Assembly: GCA_964638675.1 (NCBI GenBank)
Contig: CAZXAU010000004.1
Coordinates: forward strand, 62,977 to 126,976
DNA: 64,000 nt
Source of the DNA: an uncultured Lachnospiraceae bacterium
GTDB lineage: Bacteria; Bacillota; Clostridia; Oscillospirales; CAG-272
Direction of reading: 5' to 3'
How positions within the stretch are numbered: position 1 is the first letter of the stretch; each line of letters starts with the position of its first letter. Positions 40,439 through 50,616 of this stretch are shown one piece after another. The notes under the pieces were generated by a model, which saw nothing but the letters and a program-made list of their open reading frames with translations, did not search any database and was not told the DNA's origin. A program made the position numbers and the translations under genes.

Positions 40439-40715
40439 TCAGTATTTCCCGATTTTATACACAAGTGCAACTATAAACTTCAAAGTATTCAACGAAGTGT
40501 TAAGATCGTATTTCTTTTCGCTTTCGGAAAGCTAAGAATAATTAACAAAACAAAGCGTCTGTTTTAAAAATGTCGTCACGCTTCTCGCCATATGTCCAAT
40601 CTTCGGAAATTCTTCCGACCACCCAGGCATAATGGACATTTTCGGCAATTTTTTCTGTCAGTGACAACAGATCTTCCGGCAAAATAATAACATCTACTAA
40701 GTGACGTCTTCCAGC
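40439..40715 (-). pseudogene. Stand-alone RyR-domain protein, disrupted
   Basis: LPEDLLSLTEKIAENVHYAW..WTYGEKRDD, then after a frameshift VNYS*LSESEKKYD..TLKFIVALVYKI. Confidence 0.75.
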
Positions 40716-41287
40716 ATTTAATCTTCTACAGTTTTTTATTCTCTTAACCGCTCGAATAACCTTCGGCAGTATCCATATCAAAAATGAAATGGCAACTATA
40801 GAAATAACTGCAATTCCTGATTATTTACTGACGAGAAATAAACAAAACATTGAAAAACAATTATTTCTTCTTGTCTTTGCACTGAACATTGAAAAACTCT
40901 ATGACAGCACCAGCAGAGGAAGATTTGGCTCAAATTTGTTCCCACTAAACATCTCATAATCTAATTCTTAACAATTAAATACAAACTCAAAAACAAAGAT
41001 TCTTCTCATTTCGCCGTACTCATTTTATCAGACTGTTTTCAAAACTCTTTCTTTAAGTTCTGTAAATAGACTGATTTGTCCGTAAACATACTCTGAAAGC
41101 TGTAATCTTTGTGATAAAAATGAAAAACATATACAATTTAAATTGACATTTCTGCAATATGACGAAATATTTTCTATTGAGTTATTTTAATCGCTTTTTT
41201 CGCCCTCTTTACTTTTTGTTAATTATATGTTATAATTAGGCAAATGTTGGTAGCGTGCTGACAAAATAATGATTAGGAAGTATTAAC

Positions 41288-41701
41288 ATGAAAAACTCCG
41301 GACAATTGATTCTGAGAGAATCAACCAAAACAGTCGACCAGGCGGAAAAGAGCCTGACCCTTAAGTATACACTGACAGTCGATAAAGATCGCGATAAATG
41401 TATATGTGACAGTGGTAAATGCGTAAACATTGCAGACTGCACCGTAAAATCTGATGTTGGCGATGTATACGATAATGAAATTTCTTTGATATACTCTTTG
41501 ACAGTAGCTTCATTTATTGACGGAGTTGCGGATGATGAACAATATTTTGAGGATATTTCACGTAATAAAGAAGAGGCAGAGCAGATATTTGATATTATGA
41601 GCGAAAATACGGTTACCCCAGAAACTGCCGAATATATCCTTGAAGAACTGATATCATTCGGTTTGGAAAAGATTCAATATACAGATCTATCGATATGTTG
41701 A
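41288..41701 (+). CDS. Hypothetical protein (DUF6514-like)
   Basis: C-terminal EDIS..A..IFD....VTPETAEYILEE pattern; upstream TGnTATAAT. Confidence 0.6.
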   Translation: MKNSGQLILRESTKTVDQAEKSLTLKYTLTVDKDRDKCICDSGKCVNIADCTVKSDVGDVYDNEISLIYSLTVASFIDGVADDEQYFEDISRNKEEAEQIFDIMSENTVTPETAEYILEELISFGLEKIQYTDLSIC

Positions 41702-41801
41702 CATACTACATATACAAGATATAAACATTCATACTGTAGTTATGTAAAAATTAATCAGAACGTGATACCTGATAATATTGTGGCTTTGCCACGAACAATA
41801 T

Positions 41802-41846
41802 AGGGTTGAGTCATTCGCTCCTGAAAAGCCTTTGACTCTGCCCTAT
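41802..41846. repeat. Palindromic repeat, family B, copy 1
   Basis: AGGGTTGAGTCATTCGC..GAAAAGCCTTTGACTCTGCCCT; inverted match to 62188-62230. Confidence 0.65.
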
Positions 41847-41886
41847 TTGTTATAAAAAATAGATCGATGTAGATAAGATATCGTAT

Positions 41887-41913
41887 GGCGAGAGTTTGCT
41901 CTCGCCGCTTTTT
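41887..41913 (+). terminator. Intrinsic terminator
   Basis: GGCGAGAG-TTTG-CTCTCGCC followed by a T-run. Confidence 0.7.
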
Positions 41914-42601
41914 TATATAATAATAAAACGTCATGGATAAGGTTATATATTTATTGTTTATATGTAAACCGTAAGGCGGGCAGTTTTAAGTTCGGCGATA
42001 ATACTGTCAACTTTTCTTTTTTGTGTCTGTCTTAATTTGTGACAGCAGCTTCTTTGACATTGTTTTTTACTATATTTATATAAATTGTTCACATTTTGTT
42101 AATGCAGTCAAGTCCAATATCTTTAAAAGCATCGTTTTTTATTGCTATAACTATAAATGTTCCGTACGACTTTTTTCGATTTATTATCTCTTTTTTAAAG
42201 CAAAATGAACTAAAAAGCGAAAAAGAATAAAAAAAGTTGTTCGTTATTTTTAACGAAATTTCAGCTATAAAATCCAGTTTTATTGATACGATTCAAAAAA
42301 ACAGCTTAAAAAACGGTTATTTTATGTTTTTATTTTTTCATATCAATAAATTTAATAATTTCTGATTTTGTAACACTTGATTTGAAAGAAAAATTATTGT
42401 ATAATAGCTTGAGATGTGCTGAAAAAGGAGAGTTTATTGTACAATATGGGGCATAATGAATTTGACGGACCGAGCAATACCAGTAAATCGGTTAAATTTA
42501 CTGTATCTGCAAAGAAATCAAAGATTATGAAATTCGTTAAAACGGAGCAGAATAAGTCTGTCTATTATGAAGAGGGTAAAAACGACAAATCAGCGGGGAA
42601 T

Positions 42602-43375
42602 ATGATGAATGATAACAAAGCCGTGGTATTGAACTCAGAACTGCCGGTAAACACAGCTGTGAATGACTTGGTCGAAATAAAAAAGAAGGCTAAAAAGCCT
42701 GAAAAGTACAACCCTCACAAAGACCACAGGAAAAGAATGCGTGAGCGATTCCGTGCCGAAGGTTTATCTTCCATGGCAGACCACAACATTTTCGAGCTTC
42801 TTTTGTTTTACGCTATTCCCATGAAAGATACCAATCCCATAGCTCACTCTCTTATAGAACGCTTCGGAAGCATTTCAGGTGTATTTGATGCCACAGAAGA
42901 GGAATTGCTTGAAATACCGGGAATAACCGAAAACGGTGCGATATTGATCAAACTTATACCCGAACTTGCATCTGTATATATGAAAAGCAAATTTGAAAAC
43001 AAAATAGAACTTTCGGACATTGACAGTATCGGCAGATACCTTGTCGGATATTTTATGAATAAGACAAACGAGCATGTCGTATTGCTGTTTTTCAATGACA
43101 ATAAACTGATACATACATGCGAGCTGTCATCCGGAACACCCGATATGTCTGACGTAAGCTTCAGAAGAATTGCCGAAATTGCATTTTCAAAAAAGGCTAC
43201 AAGTTTTGTAATTGCCCACAATCACCCATCTGGCGACTGTACTCCGTCAAAGGAAGACATTTCGCTGACACAAAGAATGCTCACCTCATTCGAGAGCATG
43301 GAACTCTACCTTCGTGAGCATATCATCGTTTCAGGTGAGAAATATTGCGGGATTATTGAATTGATGAGAAAATAG
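42602..43375 (+). CDS. radC: RadC family JAB-domain protein
   Basis: HRKRMRERF, ELLLFYAIP..DTNPIAH, HhH motif, AHNHPSG..PS..D; ORF is open from 42416, start uncertain. Confidence 0.92.
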   Translation: MMNDNKAVVLNSELPVNTAVNDLVEIKKKAKKPEKYNPHKDHRKRMRERFRAEGLSSMADHNIFELLLFYAIPMKDTNPIAHSLIERFGSISGVFDATEEELLEIPGITENGAILIKLIPELASVYMKSKFENKIELSDIDSIGRYLVGYFMNKTNEHVVLLFFNDNKLIHTCELSSGTPDMSDVSFRRIAEIAFSKKATSFVIAHNHPSGDCTPSKEDISLTQRMLTSFESMELYLREHIIVSGEKYCGIIELMRK

Positions 43376-43541
43376 TGCGGGATAGACGATCAAAATAATC
43401 TACATATCGGAGTGTTCTGTTTGTTATTTTTAATACTGCGTTACAAATTGATTTATATTTAAATTACGATCATTATGGCTGATTGCAAAAGAAAAAGGAA
43501 ACAATTTTTTTAAGAACACTGTATAAGGAAGCTTTTTATGA

Positions 43542-43582
43542 AAAAAACGGCACAATGCATTTATTTGCATTGCACCGTTTTT
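43542..43582. terminator. Bidirectional terminator
   Basis: A6-CGGCACAATGCA..TGCATTGCACCG-T6 between convergent genes. Confidence 0.6.
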
Positions 43583-43677
43583 TGTTATAGGAGTTTTACG
43601 AAACTTCCTGAAAAAGAATTGTCTCTCGCTGCCGATTCGAGCGGAAACTGTCCGTACAATTTCCCTGCTCGCCAATG

Positions 43678-44241
43678 TCAAAGACAAACAGGAATCTCGT
43701 TTTCTACTATTTTTCTGATGATCTCATAATTCGTATTTAAGTCATCAGCACCGTTCAGTTCAATGAATTTGCATTGCAATAATTTTTGCCATTCATCATG
43801 TTTCGCTTTACTTCTCATAGCCAAACCACCCAGATCATACGATTTTGCCCAGGATATAAACTCTTGATGTTGTTTAAACATATCTCCGCCAATGTCGATT
43901 CTTTGTCCAAAGCGTGCTCGTTCTCTTTGCTCCAATCGGGAAATTCGGATATCCGTTGCAGTTTCCAATCGAATAGCTAATGTAAATAAAGGAATCAACT
44001 CATCTCCCCAATCAACTAACGAACCTGATATTACCACATTTTCAGCATCCTCAATATCTGCTCTCATCATAGCCAAGCGTTCTTCGGCATTCCGCTTAGT
44101 AGTAAACTTAGGATTTGTCGGCAACCAGAAATAGTCATCCGTGTCCATGAATTTATAGCCAAGTTCTAAACATATTTTTTCGCCAAGCGTAGACGTCCCT
44201 GATCCCGATGCCCCAAAAATATGAATCACATTTTTAGACAT
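43678..44241 (-). CDS. P-loop nucleoside monophosphate kinase-like / AAA_17-18 protein
   Basis: IHIFGASGSGTSTLG, DTDDYFW, VISGSL; GGAGG RBS. Confidence 0.82.
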   Translation of the reverse strand: MSKNVIHIFGASGSGTSTLGEKICLELGYKFMDTDDYFWLPTNPKFTTKRNAEERLAMMRADIEDAENVVISGSLVDWGDELIPLFTLAIRLETATDIRISRLEQRERARFGQRIDIGGDMFKQHQEFISWAKSYDLGGLAMRSKAKHDEWQKLLQCKFIELNGADDLNTNYEIIRKIVENEIPVCL

Positions 44242-44391
44242 GATATTTCTTCCCCCTCCTCTGTAAAATGCGCTTTTTATACTGCTGTATATGCATATTT
44301 TATCATATATAGTCACACGTGTCAATGACCGATAACTGCTTTTTCTGTATGTTGCTGTTCATCTGCCCGTTATCGCAAGAATTTGGCATAT

Positions 44392-45222
44392 TCAAATATT
44401 TTCATGGGTTAAAAAATACGTCACTTCATATTTTTGCTTTTGCAGGATATGCATTGCGGAAAGCACCATATAGGCAACGATGCCGCAATGTCCGCTTATT
44501 TTATAACCGGTTGAATTAGCGAATCTGCGGTCTGATACGAATTCTATAATTCTGTTTTCGCTGAACAAAAGAAGCAACTCGTTCAATCGGTGTATCTCTA
44601 TATTTGTTTTGGAGATAATATCTTCTTTTGATGTAGGGAAAGCACATTCAAGTGCAATGATCAGTTTTTGCCCCTCTTCACTGCACAGTGCAGATATGAC
44701 CTCGGAAACAGACTCCGGTGAAATGCCGAGGTTTTTGATCAAAGATTTTTTCACAACGCACGTCACTCCGTCGTCATCCCAAAGCTTAACACCGAAATCT
44801 CCGCAAATACGCAAATTTCCTCGTGCTTTACTTTCCTCCTGGATCTTTCGGTCTCCTGTTTCCGCAAAGTAGATACCTTTTCACATCTTCCACAGATCTT
44901 CGCCAAGCTCCTTGTGAAGATTATTATTGTACCGATCACAGTTTGCCGTTGCCCAAATAAACTCGGTTCCGAGCTGTTCGATTTTTCTTGCCACAGCTTC
45001 AATATCGCCGTCCGATTCGGTTTCAAGGAGAACATCTGCCGAAATCTTATAAACATCGCTGATTGCTTTAAGATTAAAACAATCGGGAAGACAGTCGCCT
45101 GATTCCCATTTCGAAATTGCCTGAGGAGATACGCCTACTCTTTCTGCTACCTCTTCCTGCGTCATGCCGAGACTTTTTCTATGATTGCGAAGCTTTTCGC
45201 CGAATACTTTTTGATCTAACAT
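44392..45222 (-). pseudogene. XRE HTH regulator interrupted by one in-frame TGA
   Basis: ORFs 44881-45222 and 44392-44814 share a frame; reads LWKM*KGIYFAETG. Confidence 0.8.
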
Positions 45223-45485
45223 TTTTTATCCTCCAGATTACTTCAGATTATTATAAATTCTTTTGCTTGTTTTCGAGATAGCTATCTTGTGATTTTATTT
45301 TATCACAGCATTATTCAACTTACAATAGTAAAAATGTTGAATATTTCGCTCTGCATTCTACTTGAGGTTGATTTTTTATAGGTAAAGAAAAACGATGATC
45401 AATAAATAATCATCGTTTCCTTCATTATGTTTAAAATCTCAGTATTGCAGATATGTTTTTCATAACGCAAAAATGTGATATCTGA

Positions 45486-45755
45486 TTATGAAAACCAATA
45501 TTCATACATTTCACCGAGAAACTTTTCGCTGACAGGGTATCCGCAATTATCGCTCACAACAGAATCGATTCCGCAATAAGGGCATCTTGCAGTACGGTTT
45601 TCAGGGTCATCTCGGTCGCCGATCCAATCGACAATTTCGGACGGCTCGAAGATTTTTAAACAGTAAAAACATCCGCATAGCTGACTGCTTTTTAACATTG
45701 TCTCGTTGCAGGTACAAAAATTGTGTGCCTTGCGATATTTTTCACTGTTATTCAT
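45486..45755 (-). CDS. Small Zn-finger cytoplasmic protein
   Basis: CGCFYC..TARCPYCGIDSV..MYEYWF. Confidence 0.8.
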   Translation of the reverse strand: MNNSEKYRKAHNFCTCNETMLKSSQLCGCFYCLKIFEPSEIVDWIGDRDDPENRTARCPYCGIDSVVSDNCGYPVSEKFLGEMYEYWFS

Positions 45756-45773
45756 AACCTTTACCTTTTTATT

Positions 45774-46829
45774 TTATTTCTGACTTGCATAGTGCAGTAT
45801 CAAAAGTGCACGGAATGTTATATCACATAGTTTACGCTTATTTGACCGCCAATCGGTTTCGAGCTGTAGACCTGCATACGGTCCCCAACTGCGAAACTCG
45901 TTTTCATAGAATGGCACTGTACAAACACCGTCGTTATTGATAAATTCTTCAATATAATTTACTTCTTTACGGAGTTCAGGCAAATACGGGTACAATCCGA
46001 GACGACAAAGCCATTCAACCTTTTCAAAATTTATCCTATGTATACCGTTCGAATCAAACAAACCGATTGCATCGGCGGAAACAGAATAGCCCTCATTCAG
46101 ATACCACGCAGGTCCTACTGCATGTCCCACCCAGCATGCAACCTTTGTATTAATAATTTCGGGGCGGTCGGTTCGCATCAAACGACGAAAAGACTCCGCA
46201 AGCATTTTTATATTCTTTTCGGTCTTCCATGAATCTGTAAATGCAAGTATTTCAAGATGATAGCGGCAGGGCCATCTCTCACATTCATTAAACAATCGAA
46301 TTTTTTTTGACGGACGCGATACATCAAGTATAGAATCAACTTCGGTTACACGCCGAAATGATTCCAGTGAAACGCCTATTTGCGGTTCAATATTGATAAC
46401 ATCGTCGTAATGTGCTCTTGCGATACAGGCACAACGGATGATATTCTGACCATACGCGGGAACTGTAAATTCGCTATATACTTTTCCTTTTGTTTCGTAA
46501 CAAAAATCAGTCAACTCTGTAGTGACATAGGCATCCATAGCACGATCAAGAAGTGATGAACCTTTTAATCCCTTTTCACCCATATATTTTGTTGCCGTTT
46601 CCTGATTGTCATATTGCCCGGCATTTTTGCTCGATCCGTGAAAGCCCAAACCGATCCAGCCGTTCGGTTGCTGTTTTTCTGCCATAAAGAGAGGAATTTT
46701 TTCGTTCAAGATCTGCATTTGCAGAGTCTTTTCTTCGGCAGTAATATTTCCGAGCACTTCCTTTTTGACACGCAATCTGATAGACGGGTTGGCGTTATTT
46801 AGCAAGAATTCGATCATTTTATTTTTCAT
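45774..46829 (-). CDS. Hypothetical protein (possible prenyltransferase-like alpha/alpha fold)
   Basis: 351-aa ORF; QQPNGW motif, C-terminal W..DITFRAL. Confidence 0.7.
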   Translation of the reverse strand: MKNKMIEFLLNNANPSIRLRVKKEVLGNITAEEKTLQMQILNEKIPLFMAEKQQPNGWIGLGFHGSSKNAGQYDNQETATKYMGEKGLKGSSLLDRAMDAYVTTELTDFCYETKGKVYSEFTVPAYGQNIIRCACIARAHYDDVINIEPQIGVSLESFRRVTEVDSILDVSRPSKKIRLFNECERWPCRYHLEILAFTDSWKTEKNIKMLAESFRRLMRTDRPEIINTKVACWVGHAVGPAWYLNEGYSVSADAIGLFDSNGIHRINFEKVEWLCRLGLYPYLPELRKEVNYIEEFINNDGVCTVPFYENEFRSWGPYAGLQLETDWRSNKRKLCDITFRALLILHYASQK

Positions 46830-46918
46830 GTGTAGCCCCTTTATTTCAAAGTCTTCTAAATAATCATAATTGCACCGATGAGTGTAGCGAGAATTATCTG
46901 TTTTTCGGAATTCTGTAT

Positions 46919-47164
46919 TTATTTTTCCGAATCAAGCGGCGCTCGGACATATCTTATATAATCAATATCGATCGCACCCCATTTGCGGAAGTTCTCTTTA
47001 CCGGCATTCAGAGAAATCTTATTTGCACCTCCCTGTAAGTCAGGATCGTCATTTTGTATGGGGTCATTTTCCCAATAACACACGGGACAGATATCGTGAT
47101 ATAGGCTTTCTTCATGTTCCATGGTTTTATACCCGCAACAAGGACATTTGTATTTGTTTGTCAT
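46919..47164 (-). CDS. CPCC family cysteine-rich protein
   Basis: CPCCG..DICPVCYWEND..GGANKISL. Confidence 0.88.
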   Translation of the reverse strand: MTNKYKCPCCGYKTMEHEESLYHDICPVCYWENDPIQNDDPDLQGGANKISLNAGKENFRKWGAIDIDYIRYVRAPLDSEK

Positions 47165-47232
47165 ATTGTTTTCTTCAGTATCTTCTTATTATTTTTGGTT
47201 TTTTAGTTTAGCATATATGATGTTGCGCTTGT

Positions 47233-48297
47233 TTAACAAATAAACATCGCATCGCCAAATGAAAAAAATCGGTATTTCTCGTCTATTGCGTGTTTATACG
47301 CCTTCATTATCAGCTCTCTTGATGACAGTGCCGAAACGAGCATGAGCAGGGTGCTTTCGGGGAGGTGAAAATTTGTTATCAGTGCGTCGGTTGCTTTAAA
47401 TTTATATCCCGGATAAATAAATATTCCGGTGTCGTCATGCATTGCGTGCACGATTCCCTCGTCATCGCTTGCACTTTCAAGCGTACGACAGGATGTTGTT
47501 CCGACGCAAATCGTTCTTCCGCCTTTTTTGCGGCGTTCATTTATAGTATTTGCCGCTTCCTCACTGACTTCAAAATATTCGCAGTGCATATTATGTTCTT
47601 CAATATTATCGACCTTGACGGGACGGAATGTTCCGAGTCCGACATGAAGCATAACCCTTACGACTGCAACACCCATATCTTCGATCTTTTTGAGAAGCTC
47701 GGGAGTAAAGTGAAGTCCTGCTGTAGGTGCGGCGGCAGAACCTTCTTTGTTTGCATATACCGTCTGATATCTAGATTTATCTTCAAGTTTTTTTGTTATG
47801 TATGGCGGCAGTGGCATCTGACCTATTTTATCGAGCATTGCATAAAAATCGCCCTTGCCGTGGTCATAATCAAAATGGATAATACGGTTTCCGCCTTCAT
47901 TTGTTTCTATAATGTTGCCTGTCATAAGGCCGTCTGCAAATGATATAACAGCTCCAGGCTTGAGCCGTCTCCCCGGTCTTACAAGGCATTCCCATGTGTC
48001 AAGTTCCTTGCATCTGAGGAGGACAACTTCACACATTCCTTCCATACCTTCTTTTTTTCCGTAAAGTCGTGCAGGTATGACCTTTGAATCGTTTATTACA
48101 AGTGTATCTCCCTCATGCAGATATTCGGTTATATCGTGGAATACACGGTCGGCAAGCTCTCCGTTTTTTCTGTCAACAACAAGTAAACGTGAATTATCCC
48201 TTATGTCTGCCGGGGTTTGTGCTATCAACTCCTGCGGCAGGTCATAATAAAAATCGTGTGTTGTAAGCTCTGTGTGCTTTCTGTCATTTATTATCAT
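47233..48297 (-). CDS. queA: S-adenosylmethionine:tRNA ribosyltransferase-isomerase
   Basis: [56 protein letters not shown]. Confidence 0.98.
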   Translation of the reverse strand: MIINDRKHTELTTHDFYYDLPQELIAQTPADIRDNSRLLVVDRKNGELADRVFHDITEYLHEGDTLVINDSKVIPARLYGKKEGMEGMCEVVLLRCKELDTWECLVRPGRRLKPGAVISFADGLMTGNIIETNEGGNRIIHFDYDHGKGDFYAMLDKIGQMPLPPYITKKLEDKSRYQTVYANKEGSAAAPTAGLHFTPELLKKIEDMGVAVVRVMLHVGLGTFRPVKVDNIEEHNMHCEYFEVSEEAANTINERRKKGGRTICVGTTSCRTLESASDDEGIVHAMHDDTGIFIYPGYKFKATDALITNFHLPESTLLMLVSALSSRELIMKAYKHAIDEKYRFFSFGDAMFIC

Positions 48298-48403
48298 TTA
48301 CTTTAAATTCTCCGTAATTTTGATTTCATTTAATTATACATCAAAATATTATTTCTGTCAACAATCGAAATGAATTGTAAAAAGGTTTACAACATTTAAT
48401 AAA

Positions 48404-48452
48404 TGTGCATAACACGAAATATTGTGCATAACTCTGTGCATATTGTGTATAA
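48404..48452 (-). promoter_or_regulatory. Cluster of DnaA-box-like 9-mers
   Basis: TTATGCACA twice, ATATGCACA and TTATACACA, all in the same orientation. Confidence 0.55.
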
Positions 48453-48577
48453 GTCGTTTTGCATGGCTATAATTCGGCATTTTTCGTGTGCAAAACTTTA
48501 AAGATAGAAAAACAGGGCTGAATAAATCACACGAAATTATTACAGCCCTGTATATTATAGTACTTTATGACATATCA

Positions 48578-49006
48578 TTATGCCGTGACAGCGTCATCAC
48601 TTTTGGTTTCGGTAATGACAATTGTTTTGGTTGCCGGCTCTTTTTCAAGCCCAAAGGATACAGTAATGGCATCGTTGACCTTTTGCATTACACTGTCTTC
48701 GAGATGCCCCATTTTTTCCTTCAAGCGCTGCTTATCTATAGTTCTTATCTGCTCGAGCAAAACGACAGAATCTTTTGCAAGTCCTAAATTTGCCGTCATT
48801 CCCGATTTGAAAAGATCTATATGAGTCGGAAGCTTGGTCTTTCCCATCTGACTTGTTATTGCCGCCGCAATAACAGTAGGGCTGTATCTGTTTCCTATGT
48901 CATTCTGAACGATCAGCACAGGACGAAGGCCGCCCTGCTCAGAGCCTACAACAGGACTGAGATCGGCATAAAATATGTCTCCCCGTTTTACATTCATATC
49001 AGTCAC
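48578..49006 (-). CDS. mazF: MazF/PemK (NdoA-like) endoribonuclease, no adjacent antitoxin
   Basis: [53 protein letters not shown]. Confidence 0.95.
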   Translation of the reverse strand: MTDMNVKRGDIFYADLSPVVGSEQGGLRPVLIVQNDIGNRYSPTVIAAAITSQMGKTKLPTHIDLFKSGMTANLGLAKDSVVLLEQIRTIDKQRLKEKMGHLEDSVMQKVNDAITVSFGLEKEPATKTIVITETKSDDAVTA

Positions 49007-49284
49007 ACTCTTTCTCTTTGAACATTTCCTGGTTTTTTGTCTCCCGGTAATGTCCTGTAATTTACATCCTTATTATTGTCAACTTGTCTGTACTTTTATA
49101 CATCGCAGGAAGAATTCCTCCACTGATATCTTATAAAAAATCAGAGATATTTGACACTGTAATTTTAAGATCAAGAGTTAATGTGAAAATTTTATATTTA
49201 CCGTGTGGTAGAGAAGCCCCACATGCCAGCTACGGTTCAAGCAAAACAGTTTAAGCCATATTTAGAAGAAGCCCTATACACATC

Positions 49285-49341
49285 CCATTTTTATAAAGTT
49301 TTTGAAAGGGGAAGGGGGAACTTTCTACAGAAAGTTCCCCC
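49285..49341. repeat. REP/MITE-like palindromic repeat, family A, copy 2
   Basis: CCATTTTTATAAAGTTTTTGAAAGGGGAAGGGGGAACTTTCTACAGAAAGTTCCCCC. Confidence 0.8.
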
Positions 49342-49362
49342 TTATGTTTATCAAAAACTATC

Positions 49363-50595
49363 TTAACTAAACAGAATAACCAAGAACTGTGAAACGAATA
49401 CGACCGATATAAGGGCTACGGGGTAGGTTGCTGCATAAGCTGCCGCAACATCTTCCGACTGTGCAACATGTATCAGCGTTCCGAGTGCAGGAGTTGAGGT
49501 CATACCTCCGGTTATCGAACCGAGATTGTTCAGAAGGCTGAGCTTAAGAACATATTTTGCAAACAGGAATCCGATAATCATCGGGAAGATCGTCATTATT
49601 ACACCGAATACAAAGTAAGATACGTTGAAGTATTGGATGAACTTTGCACCGCCGGGAATTCCGGCACCGATAAGGAAAAGCATAAGTCCAAGCTCTCTGA
49701 ATTCTTTAAGTGTATGCTCGGACGGCATAACGTTAATTTCACCGAAATGTCCGAAATGTCCGAAAATCAGCGATGTGAGCAGACATCCGCCGGTCGTTGT
49801 CAGACTGAAGCATGTTCCCGAGAATCCTTTTGCCGAAAGCGGAATCTTGATCGAGCCGATAATGATTCCGACTGCTGCGGCAAGGAAAAATGGAAGGAAT
49901 GAGAAATCATCAAAACTGAACAGCTTTCCTTTATACTTTGTTCTGTTTGATTCGCTGACACCCGAAGCAAGATGGCGTTCCTTTTCCATATCTGCGTGCA
50001 ACATTTTCGGAATAAGCTGCACAAAGAGAACAACTCCTATAACTCCGAAAATATACGCAATACCGTGTCCGACTGCAACAATATCCTGAAGCTCTGCTGC
50101 AACAGTATCCTTTGTTGCTGAGAAAGCAGGGGTTGATGTCAGTGAGCCTGACAGAAGTCCTACTATCATCGCTGTGAGTTCGGCATTGCTTTCTCCGAGT
50201 CCAAGCCCACGTCCTGCAAATATGCATCCTATAGCCGAAAGTCCGCCGGCTACAATGATGATAACCGCAAGAGCAACATATGACTTGAAGTTCTTTTTAA
50301 AGTTTCCGAAGAATTTAGGACCTGCAATGAAACCGACAGCGGTAACAAAGAGGATAAGTCCGAAATTTTCGATTATCTTGAGAGCACTCCCTGTATAGCC
50401 GGTCGTCTGTGCCTCTATCTGCGGATAGAAGAAACAACCGAATATAAGTGCGACGATAAATACGCCTGCCGTTCCGAGATTGACTCCTTTTATCGTGATT
50501 CTTCCGAGAGCGTATCCTACTGCGGCGATCACGAGAACACAGAGCATTAAGAATGAGACACCGGTGACTGAAACAGCACCTCCAAATAAAACCAT
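49363..50595 (-). CDS. AspT/YidE/YbjL family transporter (probable dicarboxylate exporter)
   Basis: Duplicated LFV..VG..AG / GSLTSTPA..Y and GGMTSTPAL..AYAATYP motifs. Confidence 0.85.
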   Translation of the reverse strand: MVLFGGAVSVTGVSFLMLCVLVIAAVGYALGRITIKGVNLGTAGVFIVALIFGCFFYPQIEAQTTGYTGSALKIIENFGLILFVTAVGFIAGPKFFGNFKKNFKSYVALAVIIIVAGGLSAIGCIFAGRGLGLGESNAELTAMIVGLLSGSLTSTPAFSATKDTVAAELQDIVAVGHGIAYIFGVIGVVLFVQLIPKMLHADMEKERHLASGVSESNRTKYKGKLFSFDDFSFLPFFLAAAVGIIIGSIKIPLSAKGFSGTCFSLTTTGGCLLTSLIFGHFGHFGEINVMPSEHTLKEFRELGLMLFLIGAGIPGGAKFIQYFNVSYFVFGVIMTIFPMIIGFLFAKYVLKLSLLNNLGSITGGMTSTPALGTLIHVAQSEDVAAAYAATYPVALISVVFVSQFLVILFS

Positions 50596-50616
50596 ACTAT
50601 ATTTACACCTCTTTTG

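Noticed and set aside
44881-44883. Selenocysteine or genetic-code reassignment of TGA
   Set aside because: Context suggests Trp in a non-redox protein, and TGA is a normal stop elsewhere in the window.
48300-48560. oriC
   Set aside because: Only four boxes, no dnaA/dnaN/rpmH nearby, and no switch in gene orientation.
49195-49245. GAGAAGCCCCAC resembling an IS200/IS605 right end or omega-RNA remnant
   Set aside because: The match is too short, with no complementary arm and no tnpA/tnpB.
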